NCBI GenBank assembly: GCA_030704615.1 | Contig: CM060732.1 | Location: 3,658,001-3,722,000 of the forward strand | Source of the DNA: Takakia lepidozioides | Taxonomy: Eukaryota; Plantae; Bryophyta | Direction of reading: 5' to 3' | DNA: 64,000 bases | Shown here: piece by piece, positions 24,201 through 36,200 of the stretch | How the letters are laid out: each line of letters begins with the position of its first letter | How positions within the stretch are numbered: the stretch's first letter is position 1 | Position numbers and translations under genes: made by a program | Notes under the pieces: generated by a model | What the model saw: only the letters and a program-made list of their open reading frames with translations | Databases searched by the model: none | What the model was told of the DNA's origin: nothing

Positions 24201-26960
24201 CCCTAGGGTGGCTGGCCCTGAACTGGAAATTCGGCGCCATTTTTCCAGTTCTCGACCATATTGCCCTTGTGGGACTTAGCCATTTTCGGGCCGGACCTGG
24301 GAAAATGGCGCCGAATTTCCAATCAGGGCTCCGAAAATGGCTGAGTCCCTAGGGTGGCTGGCCCTGAACTGGAAATTCGGCGCCATTTTTCCATTTCTAG
24401 GCCCTATTGCCGTTCTAGGACTTAGCCATCTTCGGGCCAAACCAGGAAAAATGGCGCCGAATTTCCAGTTCAGGGCTCCCAAGATGGCTAAGTCCCTAGG
24501 GTGGCAGTCACCGAAAACCAAAATTCGGCGTCATTTTCCCATTTCTAGGCCCACTCAGATCCACCCCAACCTGGGAAAATGGTGCCGAATTTGCAGTTCA
24601 GGGACCTCATTGTGTTTTTCATGAATGCAGGTACTGCAAGTTCTCCCTTTTGGAGAAAGGTCATTTGTCTTTCGAGCCACCATTCTTCCTGGCATGGAGG
24701 AACCCTAGGGCTGACTCCATGTACACTGACGTAATTGCGAAGGAGTGGCATCTGGAACATTTGCGTGATTGCCCTTGGTATGTGGACCTTCCGCCCGACA
24801 TGCTCGACCCATCCGAGTTTCAATTGAAGCTGGATGTTGAGGCCCGACGAAACCGGGCTCCGCTGCCTCCGCTGGGTGCAAAAGAGGCAAAAGCGCTTGC
24901 GAACTCCAGGAAAGCGGCAGAGCTTGCTCAGGCAGGAATTCAGTAGAAATTGAATGAGAAGAGTAAAGGCCAAAGGAAAAGGACAAGGAAGCAAGTGAGT
25001 GCAGTAACACCCAAAAAACAGAAAACCATTGGGGCATCGGAGCAGGCGCAGGAGGGGACCCAAGAGAGTGACTCGGACGACGACTTTGTTCAAGGTCCTG
25101 CGACTGCTGTTGCTGCTACCCAGTCACCGGTCGTTCGGGTTCCCAAGTCAGTTCGGAGTAGGACTGGCTCTGCCAAGAAGTTGGCATTTGAGGGCGAGCC
25201 TACACGGCCGTATTCGGCGGTGACGTTTACGCACAGGCCAAAGCTAGAACCTCCAACCATCATCCAATGCGTCAATGAGAGCTTCCTTGACGCTCTCGCT
25301 GCCAGGGTGAAGAAGGTGGCACACAGCAAGTCTCTGACGGAGCAGAAGGGGAAAGCCAAGAAGAGGGCTGCCGGTATAGAGCCTAAAGACACCCCTGGTT
25401 TTGAGGCCATGATGGAATTCTTCACGGCTGTGAGCACGGATTGCAAGAGCACTCGGGGGGGGGGGGGGGGGGGGGGGCTGGACATGATTCTCCTCGACAT
25501 TCCAGATGGGGAGCTGCTGGAGGGCCTGGATGGTGTGCCCACTTGGAACAGGTTTACTGAGGACTACTGGAAAGCCGGGTTTGGGCTGGCGGGGATGCTT
25601 ATGGATGACGGTGGATGTGTGGTTGTCCTTGCCACAAGAGGGAAGACCACAGAGAATGCGGTGGCAAGGTGGACACCGAAAAGTGTCACCCCGGTCCTCC
25701 TCAGAAAATGGTTCTGCATCAATACATAGGGGTTGCGAACAGAGGGCCAAAGTGTAAGTTATCAATCTATTGCATTCACCTCATATTGTGGTGTATCTAA
25801 ACAAGATCCCGGAGTTGATCCCTATTTTGTTGGATGTGCAGACATTGGTGTTTGAGGCATATTGCTTTGTGAAGAGAGGGTCTACGTTCAAATTCCGCAA
25901 CGACGGTCGTCTTGTTGATGCCGCTGTGGACCCTGTTACCTACGATGTCCTCTACAACTATGTGCCCCACTCCAGTATGCCGAAGGACACAAAGACAGGC
26001 AAACCGTGGCGGTACAGCCGGACCCGGAGCCCTGCTTTCATCCAAACCCTCATGGAGCCGTGCTCGGATGTCCAAGGGCGGATTCTGGACCTCACATGCG
26101 GCACGGGTAAGCCTTCACGTGCTCAGTTTGTCCCCTGGCCCAATTGCAATTGCATGCCGCAAGCTATTAACCGCCCGCTTTGTTCCTCAAGTGCTTCAAT
26201 GTGGGCAGGGACGTTGTCCGACAAGCATGCGTTCGCCTTCGAGCCAGATACTGCCCTCCACAACTCGGAACTTACAGCGGCTGAACGTCTGCCGAAAGAG
26301 GAAGAGGCATCCTCGGAGGATGAGGAAAAATCCGAGAAGGAGCAGGGGGAGGAACAAGTTGGGATCGAGGCCGAGAGCCCCCGGTGTACGAGTGAGTGGT
26401 TGTAAGTTGCCTCCAGATTTCGTGAGGCACCTCCCTTCGCTCTCTTATTACCCTTTCTGCTTCTGCTGGTATTGACATTCTTGAAGTGGATTTGTTCTTA
26501 CTGTAGGATGCCAAGTACGGCAGGAGGGACGTCTACACCGGAGTTCATGGGCAGGAGGAACGTGCCTTTTTTTGCCAGGGGGGATTTCATGCCTAGTCCA
26601 GAAAGGGACTACATCCTTCATACTTATGCTGCCCAGCTTGCTTCGGTGTCCATTAGGAGGTGTTCCGAACCTAGTCGTGTACAGCAGATTTTAGACGAGG
26701 CAAGCCTCAAGAAAATGAAGATGAGGGAGGAGGCAACAGCTATTAGAGCCCGTCGGGCTCGTAGATTTGTGTTGGATTCTGCTGAGGAAAGTGGGGGAGA
26801 AGAGGCAGAAGATTCCCAGGAGGTGAGGTGGACAGTCCCCCAAGGAGAGGACGGCATTTTGAGAGGCATACTGCAACCGATGCATCACAGAGCTCGGAGG
26901 ATGGGGGGGATGAGGGGGATGAGGAAGAAGGAGGGCCAAGTTCCTCGGATGGTGTAGGAG
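21213..26960 (+). pseudogene. Multi-exon ParB/Srx-like domain + beta-class amino (N6A/N4C) DNA methyltransferase-like fusion gene; disrupted
   Basis: ParB motif FYVWDGNHRLLAW (~22313-22350). MTase motifs in beta order: IV-like DMILLDIPDG (~25480), VI-like LMDDGGCVVVL, and X-I-II RSPAFIQTLMEPCSDVQGRILDLTCGTG|ASMWAG...FAFEPD. GT-AG introns at ~22013-22078, 22480-22598, 22789-22891, 23387-23481, 23698-24630, 25754-25841 and 26107-26191. Several in-frame TGA/TAG codons. The 3' end is approximate. Confidence 0.8.
23735..24600. repeat. Palindrome-motif array D: ~6 x 146-bp tandem units inside an intron of the cargo gene
   Basis: GGGCTCC marker at 23754, 23889, 24034, 24180, 24326 and 24473. Each unit consists of two inverted ~73-bp halves. 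Confidence 0.9.
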
Positions 26961-27599
26961 AGTAGTTCCCATTCCTGCTATGACAGTTAGGACACACTTG
27001 TATAGACGTGGCTTGCCACCAAATTTGCAATAAAATGTTGCATTTCATTGCTATGACGAGTCCACATGACCCTATTTCCGTGCCTCCTAACCCTATTTCC
27101 GTGGACACAATTCGGCCCGCTCATGCTTTTTTTTTTTTCCGCTCATGTTCATGCCGCTCATGAAATAACAGCCCCCTTGCCTGCTCTGCTGCACCGTGGT
27201 GGTTCTCACAGACCGATCCAACATTACCTGACTACAGACACAAGCAGCACACACAAGAGGTCATTTTGGGTTGATGGTCAAATCCTCCATGGGTCATGCC
27301 ACAAGGTCAAGGCCAATGTGGTGAGGGCACCTTCTTCTTCGACCTATTTCAGCCTGTTTTGCCTTCTCATCAGACTTTGCCATGAGATGCATACTGAATT
27401 GTCAAGGACAATGTGGTGAAGGCACCTTCTTCTTCGACCTATTTCAGCCTGTTTTTCCCTCTCATCAGACTCGGCCCTGAGATGCATATTGAATTCTGTA
27501 AGTTAGCTCGTTGGGTGGATCTGTGGTAGTTTGGAATGACTTTGACAAAAACAGATAGCAGAGATGAGGAGAAGCTTTGGTTCGTACACAGGCAGGGAT

Positions 27600-29245
27600 A
27601 GATCGTGGACATGTATGCCAAATGTGGGAGGCATTTCAGCAGATTCAGATACGTTTGTCTGTCTCTTGCTTAAGTGCATCAAGATGAAAGGTCTGGAAGC
27701 TGGAAAGCAGGTGCACACTCACATTATCCAAAGTGGATTCACGCCAAGGATGCGAAGGGAGTTTTCAACACTATGGCTGAACAAGATGTGGTGTCGTGGC
27801 ACGCTGCAGAAACTTTAGAACAGAACAGGGACTCAAAAGCTCGACATTTGTTTGTGTTTGCAATGCATGTGCAAGCCTGGGATCTCTAGAAAAAGTGTGG
27901 TGTCGTGGCACGCGATGCTTGTGCCCAACCACATAACGTTTGTTTGCATGTGCAAGCCAGGCAGCCCTGGAAAAGGGCAAAGAGGTGCATGGTTGCATTG
28001 GGAAAGCTGGAATTGTACCAGATGTCATTCTGAACAATACCCTCGTGGACATGTATGCCAAATGTCGGAGGCATTCCAACATATTCAAATACGTCTCTTG
28101 CTTAAGTGCATCAAGATGAAAGGTCTAGAAACTGGAAAGCAGGTGCACACTCACATTATCCAAAGTGGATTCACGCCAAGTGTTTTTCTCCTTAACACCC
28201 TTGTCAACATGTATGTGTTAAGTGCGGGAGCATCATGGATGCTCACCAAGTGTTCAACCGAATGCCTCAACAATCGATCTTTGATCACGTGGAATATAAT
28301 GTTGGCAAGATTTACCAAGCATGGGTGTGGTAGGAATGCTTTGGAGACCTATGAGCAAATGCTGCACGAAGGGATGAAGCCCAACCACATCACATTTGTT
28401 TGTGTTTGCAATGCGTGTGCAAGCCTGGGAGCTCTGGAAAAGGGGAAAGAGGTCCATGGTGACATCATAAAGCTGGAATTGTACCAGATGTCATTCTGAA
28501 CACTGCCCTGGTGGACATGTATGCCAAATGTGGGTGCATTGAGGATGCAAAGGGAGTTTTCAATGCTATGGCTGAACAAGATGTGGTGTCGTGGCATGCA
28601 GGGTATGCACATCAGGGACGTCAGATTGTGGCTTTGGAGACCTATGATCAAATGATGTGGGCAGGGGTGAAGCCCAACCACATCACGTTTGTCTGCATTT
28701 GCAATGCATGTGCAAGCCTGACAGCCCTGGAAAAGGGCAAAGAGGTGCATGGTTGATCGGGAAAGCTGGAATTGTACCAGATGTCATTCTGAACAATACC
28801 CTCGTGGACATGTATGCCAAATGTCGGAGGCATTCCAACAAATTCCGATACGTTTGTCTGTCTCTTGCTTAAGTGCATCAAGATGAAAGGTCTGGAAGCT
28901 GGAAAGCAGGTGCACACTCACATTATCCAAAGTGGATTCACGCCAAGTGTTTTTCTCCTTAACACCCTTGTCAACATGTATGTGTTAAGTGTGGGAGCAT
29001 CATGGATGCTCACCAAGTGTTCAACTGAATGCCTCAACGATCGATCTTTGATCACGTGGAATATAATGTTGGCAGGATTTACCAAGCATGGGCGTGGTGG
29101 GAATGCTTTGGAGACCTATGAGCGAATGTTGCACGAAGGTTGAAGCCCAACCACATCACATCCGTTTGTGTTTGCAATGCGTGTGCAAGTCTGGGAGCTC
29201 TGGAAAAGGGGAAAAGATGTCCATGGTGACATCGTCAAAGCATTC
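27600..29245 (+). pseudogene. PLS-class PPR gene remnants, internally duplicated and frameshifted
   Basis: Motifs VDMYAKCGCIEDAKGVFNAMAEQDVVSW, KPNHITFVCVCNACASLGALEKGKEVH and CLLLKCIKMKGLEAGKQVHTHII recur 2-3 times, with frameshifts. Confidence 0.9.
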
Positions 29246-29720
29246 TGAACACAACCTTCCGCCCATCATTTGCTCATAGGTCTCTAAAGCCTCCATCCCG
29301 CACCCTTGCTGTGCATATCTTGCAATCATCACACTCGACAACACCACATCACGTTCAGCCATACTGTCAAACACTCCATTTGCATCCTCGATGCACCCAC
29401 ATTTGACATACATGTCCACCAGGGCAGTGTTCATAATGACATCGGGTACAATTCCAGATTTGATAATGTCACCATGGACCTCTTGGCACTTTTCCAGGGC
29501 TGCCAGGCTTACACATGCATTGCAAATGCAAACAAACGTCATGTGGTTGGGCTTCACCCCCTCCGCACATCATTTGCTCATAGGTCTCCAAACCCTCCAT
29601 CCCGTGCCCTTGTTGTGCATATCCTGCAATCATCGCACTCCACGACACCACATCTCGTTCAGCCATACTATTGAACATTCCCTTCATATATGTCCACGAG
29701 GGTATTGTTCAGAATGACAT
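29246..29720 (-). pseudogene. Inverted PLS-PPR remnant
   Basis: The same PPR motifs on the minus strand (ORFs 29156-29557 and 29469-29687). Confidence 0.9.
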
Positions 29721-29936
29721 TGTAAGGTCTGCACACGAGCACTCCAATTGATGTAGTTTTTAGAACCGTCAAGTTTGTCGTAGTCGCCAAACAAACGTGC
29801 TAACTCCATGGCTGGTGTCGAGCTAGTTTAGGAATTCCCTCACTAACTAGTTCTCTGCTTAAAAAAAATTGCTAATTCGCTAGCTTCGCTGGCGTTTCTC
29901 TCTCTCTCTCTGCTAACTCGCTCCAGAGGTGTCCCC

Positions 29937-30227
29937 TGTCGTGCGCATACATATCGCTACACAACTACATCGCTGTCCAAAACCACACAACATATGTGCA
30001 CACCAAACTCTAGTCTATCACTAGTCCACCACTAGTGCACCACTAGGCTGCCACTAGCCACCACTAGTGCAGCCACTAGTCCATCACTAGGCTGCCACTA
30101 GTCCATCACAATGATAAAGAAAGGAAATGATACAAGCATACAAGCTCTCTCAAACTCACACACTTGCACATGAAAACATCATTCATATATTAAGTCGAGC
30201 CAAGTGCACCCCACGTCATGGGGAATC
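29937..30227 (-). mobile_element. 3'-terminal fragment (partial A + B repeat) of the split-repeat retrotransposon family
   Basis: Reverse complement reads ...TTTATCA-T-TGTGATGGACTAGTGG...GCGCACGACA, the same junction and terminus as ~59035-59445. Confidence 0.9.
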
Positions 30228-33200
30228 GTTTGCTTCCAAACTTTGCCAGTACGTTTGAGACATCCTCTCACAAGTCCCGGACTAATATGAGATCAATCAA
30301 AATTCATTCGATGGCTCAACGGCTGGTTGGCCATCGAAATGATTTTGGTTCGCTTTGAGACTTGGCCAGTATGTTCAATGTACCATGTAAGAGGCCCCAA
30401 AGTAATATGAGATCAATCGAAATTTGTTCAATGGGCCAACGGATGGTTGCCCATCCAAATGATTTTCGTTCGCTTTGAGACTTGGCCGGTGTGTTCAACG
30501 TGCCCTCTCATACGTCCCAGTGTAATATGAGATCAATCGAAATTTGTTTGATGGGCCAATGAGGCGTTCAGTTGTCATCTGGTTTTTGTTCATTGCGAGA
30601 AAAAAAATCCTGCAATGCGTGCACGACTATTGCACCCATTGAACGGATGGGTTGAAGCCCATCTTTTGCCCGCATGTGCTTGAACATGTGTGCAACATAT
30701 GTTCGGAGACACAATAGACGAATAAATCATTTGCCTCCCCATCGACGCGCTCACCCCTCCAGCCATTCCAGAACTTAATTGAATTTAAATTAATTTTAAG
30801 CCAATAAATAGTTTGCACTGCCTTTCATTGGGGGTTTCTAGCACACATCGATTTTGTTTTTGGTTCAATTTTGTTCTGCGGCTTCAAGCATCCCACTGCT
30901 ACTCCCCCGCCAAAATTTGGACCAATAAAAAATAGACTTGGCCAGTATGTTCAATGTACCATGTAAGAGGCCCCAAAGTAATATGAGATCAATCGAAATT
31001 TGTTCAATGGGCCAACGGATGGTTGCCCATCCAAATGATTTTCGTTCGCTTTGAGACTTGGCCGGTGTGTTCAACGTGCCCTCTCATATGAGATCAATCA
31101 AAATTCATTCGATGGCTCAACGGCTGGTTGGCCATCGAAATGATTTTGGTTCGCTTTGAGACTTGGCCAGTATGTTCAATGTACCATGTAAGAGGCCCCA
31201 AAGTAATATGAGATCAATCGAAATTTGTTCAATGGGCCAACGGATGGTTGCCCATCCAAATGATTTTCGTTCGCTTTGAGACTTGGCCGGTGTGTTCAAC
31301 GTGCCCTCTCATACGTCCCAGTGTAATATGAGATCAATCGAAATTTGTTTGATGGGCCAATGAGGCGTTCAGTTGTCATCTGGTTTTTGTTCATTGCGAG
31401 AAAAAAAATCCTGCAATGCGTGCACGACTATTGCACCCATTGAACGGATGGGTTGAAGCCCATCTTTTGCCCGCATGTGCTTGAACATGTGTGCAACATA
31501 TGTTCGGAGACACAATAGACGAATAAATCATTTGCCTCCCCATCGACGCGCTCACCCCTCAAGCCATTCCAGAACTTAATTGAATTTAAATTAATTTTAA
31601 GCCAATAAATAGTTTGCACTGCCTTTCGTTGGGGGTTTCTGGCACGCATCGATTTTGTTTTTGGTTCAATTTTGTTCTGCGGCTTCCAGCATCCCACTGC
31701 TACTCCCCTGCCAAAATTTGGACCAATAAAAAATGCCCCCCAAAAAAAAGTGTTCTCTTCGCTCACTATTGCAGAACTCTTTATGAAGAGTGCATGAAGT
31801 AGAACACAAAACAAGTTTGGAGTGCAAAATAGGGAAGAAACTGTGGTTTTGGGTCCAAATGAATTTTGATCGCTCCCAAATTTGGCACGCACGTTGCATA
31901 TGGAGTCATTACATGCCCCATTCAAAAACAGAATGAAAAAAAAACATGAACACGCGAAACACAGTCCAACAGGTCCCAAAGTAATAGCAGATCCAACGGA
32001 GTACATTCAACGGGTGAACGGATGGTTGCCCATCCCAATCATTTTTGTTTGCTTCCAAACTTTGCCAGTACGTTTGAGACATCCTCTCACAAGTCCCGGA
32101 CTAATATGAGATCAATCAAAATTCATTCGATGGCTCAACGGCTGGTTGGCCATCGAAATGATTTTGGTTCGCTTTGAGACTTGGCCAGTATGTTCAATGT
32201 ACCATGTAAGAGGCCCCAAAGTAATATGAGATCAATCGAAATTTGTTCAATGGGCCAACGGATGGTTGCCCATCCAAATGATTTTCGTTCGCTTTGAGAC
32301 TTGGCCGGTGTGTTCAACGTGCCCTCTCATACGTCCCAGTGTAATATGAGATCAATCGAAATTTGTTTGATGGGCCAATGAGGCGTTCAGTTGTCATCTG
32401 GTTTTTGTTCATTGCGAGAAAAAAAATCCTGCAATGCGTGCACGACTATTGCACCCATTGAACGGATGGGTTGAAGCCCATCTTTTGCCCGCATGTGCTT
32501 GAACATGTGTGCAACATATGTTCGGAGACACAATAGACGAATAAATCATTTGCCTCCCCATCGACGCGCTCACCCCTCAAGCCATTCCAGAACTTAATTG
32601 AATTTAAATTAATTTTAAGCCAATAAATAGTTTGCACTGCCTTTCGTTGGGGTTTCTGGCACGCATCGATTTTGTTTTTGGTTCAATTTTGTTCTGCGGC
32701 TTCCAGCATCCCACTGCTACTCCCCTGCCAAAATTTGGACCAATAAAAAATGCCCCCAAAAAAAAGTGTTCTCTTCGCTCACTATTGCAGAACTCTTTAT
32801 GAAGAGTGCATGAAGTAGAACACAAAACAAGTTTGGAGTGCAAAATAGGGAAGAAACTGTGGTTTTGGGTCCAAATGAATTTTGATCGCTCCCAAATTTG
32901 GCACGCACGTTGCATATGGAGTCATTACATGCCCCATTCAAAAACAGAATGAAAAAAAAAACATGAACACGCGAAACACAGTCCAACAGGTCCCAAAGTA
33001 ATAGCAGATCCAACGGAGTACATTCAACGGGTGAACGGATGGTTGCCCATCCCAATCATTTTTGTTTGCTTCCAAACTTTGCCAGTACGTTTGAGACATC
33101 CTCTCACAAGTCCCGGACTAATATGAGATCAATCAAAATTCATTCGATGGCTCAACGGCTGGTTGGCCATCGAAATGATTTTGGTTCGCTTTGAGACTTG

Positions 33201-36200
33201 GCCAGTATGTTCAATGTACCATGTAAGAGGCCCCAAAGTAATATGAGATCAATCGAAATTTGTTCAATGGGCCAACGGATGGTTGCCCATCCAAATGATT
33301 TTCGTTCGCTTTGAGACTTGGCCGGTGTGTTCAACGTGCCCTCTCATACGTCCCAGTGTAATATGAGATCAATCGAAATTTGTTTGATGGGCCAATGAGG
33401 CGTTCAGTTGTCATCTGGTTTTTGTTCATTGCGAGAAAAAAAATCCTGCAATGCGTGCACGACTATTGCACCCATTGAACGGATGGGTTGAAGCCCATCT
33501 TTTGCCCGCATGTGCTTGAACATGTGTGCAACATATGTTCGGAGACACAATAGACGAATAAATCATTTGCCTCCCCATCAACGCGCTCACCCCTCAAGCC
33601 ATTCCAGAACTTAATTGAATTTAAATTAATTTTAAGCCAATAAATAGTTTGCACTGCCTTTCGTTGGGGGTTTCTGGCACGCATCGATTTTGTTTTTGGT
33701 TCAATTTTGTTCTGCGGCTTCCAGCATCCCACTGCTACTCCCCTGCCAAAATTTGGACCAATAAAAAATGCCCCCCAAAAAAAAGTGTTCTCTTCGCTCA
33801 CTATTGCAGAACTCTTTATGAAGAGTGCATGAAGTAGAACACAAAACAAGTTTGGAGTGCAAAATAGGGAAGAAACTGTGGTTTTGGGTCCAAATGAATT
33901 TTGATCGCTCCCAAATTTGGCACGCACGTTGCATATGGAGTCATTACATGCCCCATTCAAAAACAGAATGAAAAAAAAAACATGAACACGCGAAACACAG
34001 TCCAACAGGTCCCAAAGTAATAGCAGATCCAACGGAGTACATTCAACGGGTGAACGGATGGTTGCCCATCCCAATCATTTTTGTTTGCTTCCAAACTTTG
34101 CCAGTACGTTTGAGACATCATCTCACAAGTCCCGGACTAATATGAGATCAATCAAAATTCATTCGATGGCTCAACGGCTGGTTGGCCATCGAAATGATTT
34201 TGGTTCGCTTTGAGACTTGGCCAGTATGTTCAATGTACCATGTAAGAGGCCCCAAAGTAATATGAGATCAATCGAAATTTGTTCAATGGGCCAACGGATG
34301 GTTGCCCATCCAAATGATTTTCGTTCGCTTTGAGACTTGGCCGGTGTGTTCAACGTGCCCTCTCATACGTCCCAGTGTAATATGAGATCAATCGAAATTT
34401 GTTTGATGGGCCAATGAGGCGTTCAGTTGTCATCTGGTTTTTGTTCATTGCGAGAAAAAAAATCCTGCAATGCGTGCACGACTATTGCACCCATTGAACG
34501 GATGGGTTGAAGCCCATCTTTTGCCCGCATGTGCTTGAACATGTGTGCAACATATGTTCGGAGACACAATAGACGAATAAATCATTTGCCTCCCCATCGA
34601 CGCGCTCACCCCTCAAGCCATTCCAGAACTTAATTGAATTTAAATTAATTTTAAGCCAATAAATAGTTTGCACTGCCTTTCGTTGGGGGTTTATGGCACG
34701 CATCGATTTTGTTTTTGGTTCAATTTTGTTCTGCGGCTTCCAGCATCCCACTGCTACTCCCCTGCCAAAATTTGGACCAATAAAAAATGCCCCCCAAAAA
34801 AAAGTGTTCTCTTCGCTCACTATTGCAGAACTCTTTATGAAGAGTGCATGAAGTAGAACACAAAACAAGTTTGGAGTGCAAAATAGGGAAGAAACTGTGG
34901 TTTTGGGTCCAAATGAATTTTGATCGCTCCCAAATTTGGCACGCACGTTGCATATGGAGTCATTACATGCCCCATTCAAAAACATGAACACGCGAAACAC
35001 AGTCCAACAGGTCCCAAAGTAATAGCAGATCCAACGGAGTACATTCAACGGGTGAACGGATGGTTGCCCATCCCAATCATTTTTGTTTGCTTCCAAACTT
35101 TGCCAGTACGTTTGAGACATCCTCTCACAAGTCCCGGACTAATATGAGATCAATCAAATTCATTCGATGGCTCAACGGCTGGTTGGCCATCGAAATGATT
35201 TTGGTTCGCTTTGAGACTTGGCCAGTATGTTCAATGTACCATGTAAGAGGCCCCAAAGTAATATGAGATCAATCGAAATTTGTTCAATGGGCCAACGGAT
35301 GGTTGCCCATCCAAATGATTTTCGTTCGCTTTGAGACTTGGCCGGTGTGTTCAACGTGCCCTCTCATACGTCCCAGTGTAATATGAGATCAATCGAAATT
35401 TGTTTGATGGGCCAATGAGGCGTTCAGTTGTCATCTGGTTTTTGTTCATTGCGAGAAAAAAATCCTGCAATGCGTGCACGACTATTGCACCCATTGAACG
35501 GATGGGTTGAAGCCCATCTTTTGCCCGCATGTGCTTGAACATGTGTGCAACATATGTTCGGAGACACAATAGACGAATAAATCATTTGCCTCCCCATCGA
35601 CGCGCTCACCCCTCAAGCCATTCCAGAACTTAATTGAATTTAAATTAATTTTAAGCCAATAAATAGTTTGCACTGCCTTTCGTTGGGGGTTTCTGGCACG
35701 CATCGATTTTGTTTTTGGTTCAATTTTGTTCTGCGGCTTCCAGCATCCCACTGCTACTCCCCTGCCAAAATTTGGACCAATAAAAAATGCCCCCCAAAAA
35801 AAAGTGTTCTCTTCGCTCACTATTGCAGAACTCTTTATGAAGAGCGCATGAAGTAGAACACAAAACAAGTTTGGAGTGCAAAATAGGGAAGAAACTGTGG
35901 TTTTGGGTCCAAATGAATTTTGATCGCTCCCAAATTTGGCACGCACGTTGCATATGGAGTCATTACATGCCCCATTCAAAAACAGAATGAAAAAAAAAAC
36001 ATGAACACGCGAAACACAGTCCAACAGGTCCCAAAGTAATAGCAGATCCAACGGAGTACATTCAACGGGTGAACGGATGGTTGCCCATCCCAATCATTTT
36101 TGTTTGCTTCCAAACTTTGCCAGTACGTTTGAGACATCCTCTCACAAGTCCCGGACTAATATGAGATCAATCAAAATTCATTCGATGGCTCAACGGCTGG

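Larger units (their letters stand above)
13671..27176. mobile_element. 13.5-kb MULE (Mutator)-type DNA transposon with ParB-methyltransferase cargo
   Basis: Ends GAGGTTATCTATTTCATGAGC and (reverse complement) GGGGGCTGTTATTTCATGAGC are in the same register, followed by repeated CATGAGCGG motifs. 8-bp TSD CTGCCTGC (13663-13670) / TTGCCTGC (27177-27184). Contains a transposase and a divergent cargo gene. Confidence 0.85.

Noticed and set aside
21213-26960. Bacterial contamination explaining the ParB-methylase
   Set aside because: Multiple spliceosomal introns interrupt conserved motifs, and the gene lies inside a eukaryotic transposon.
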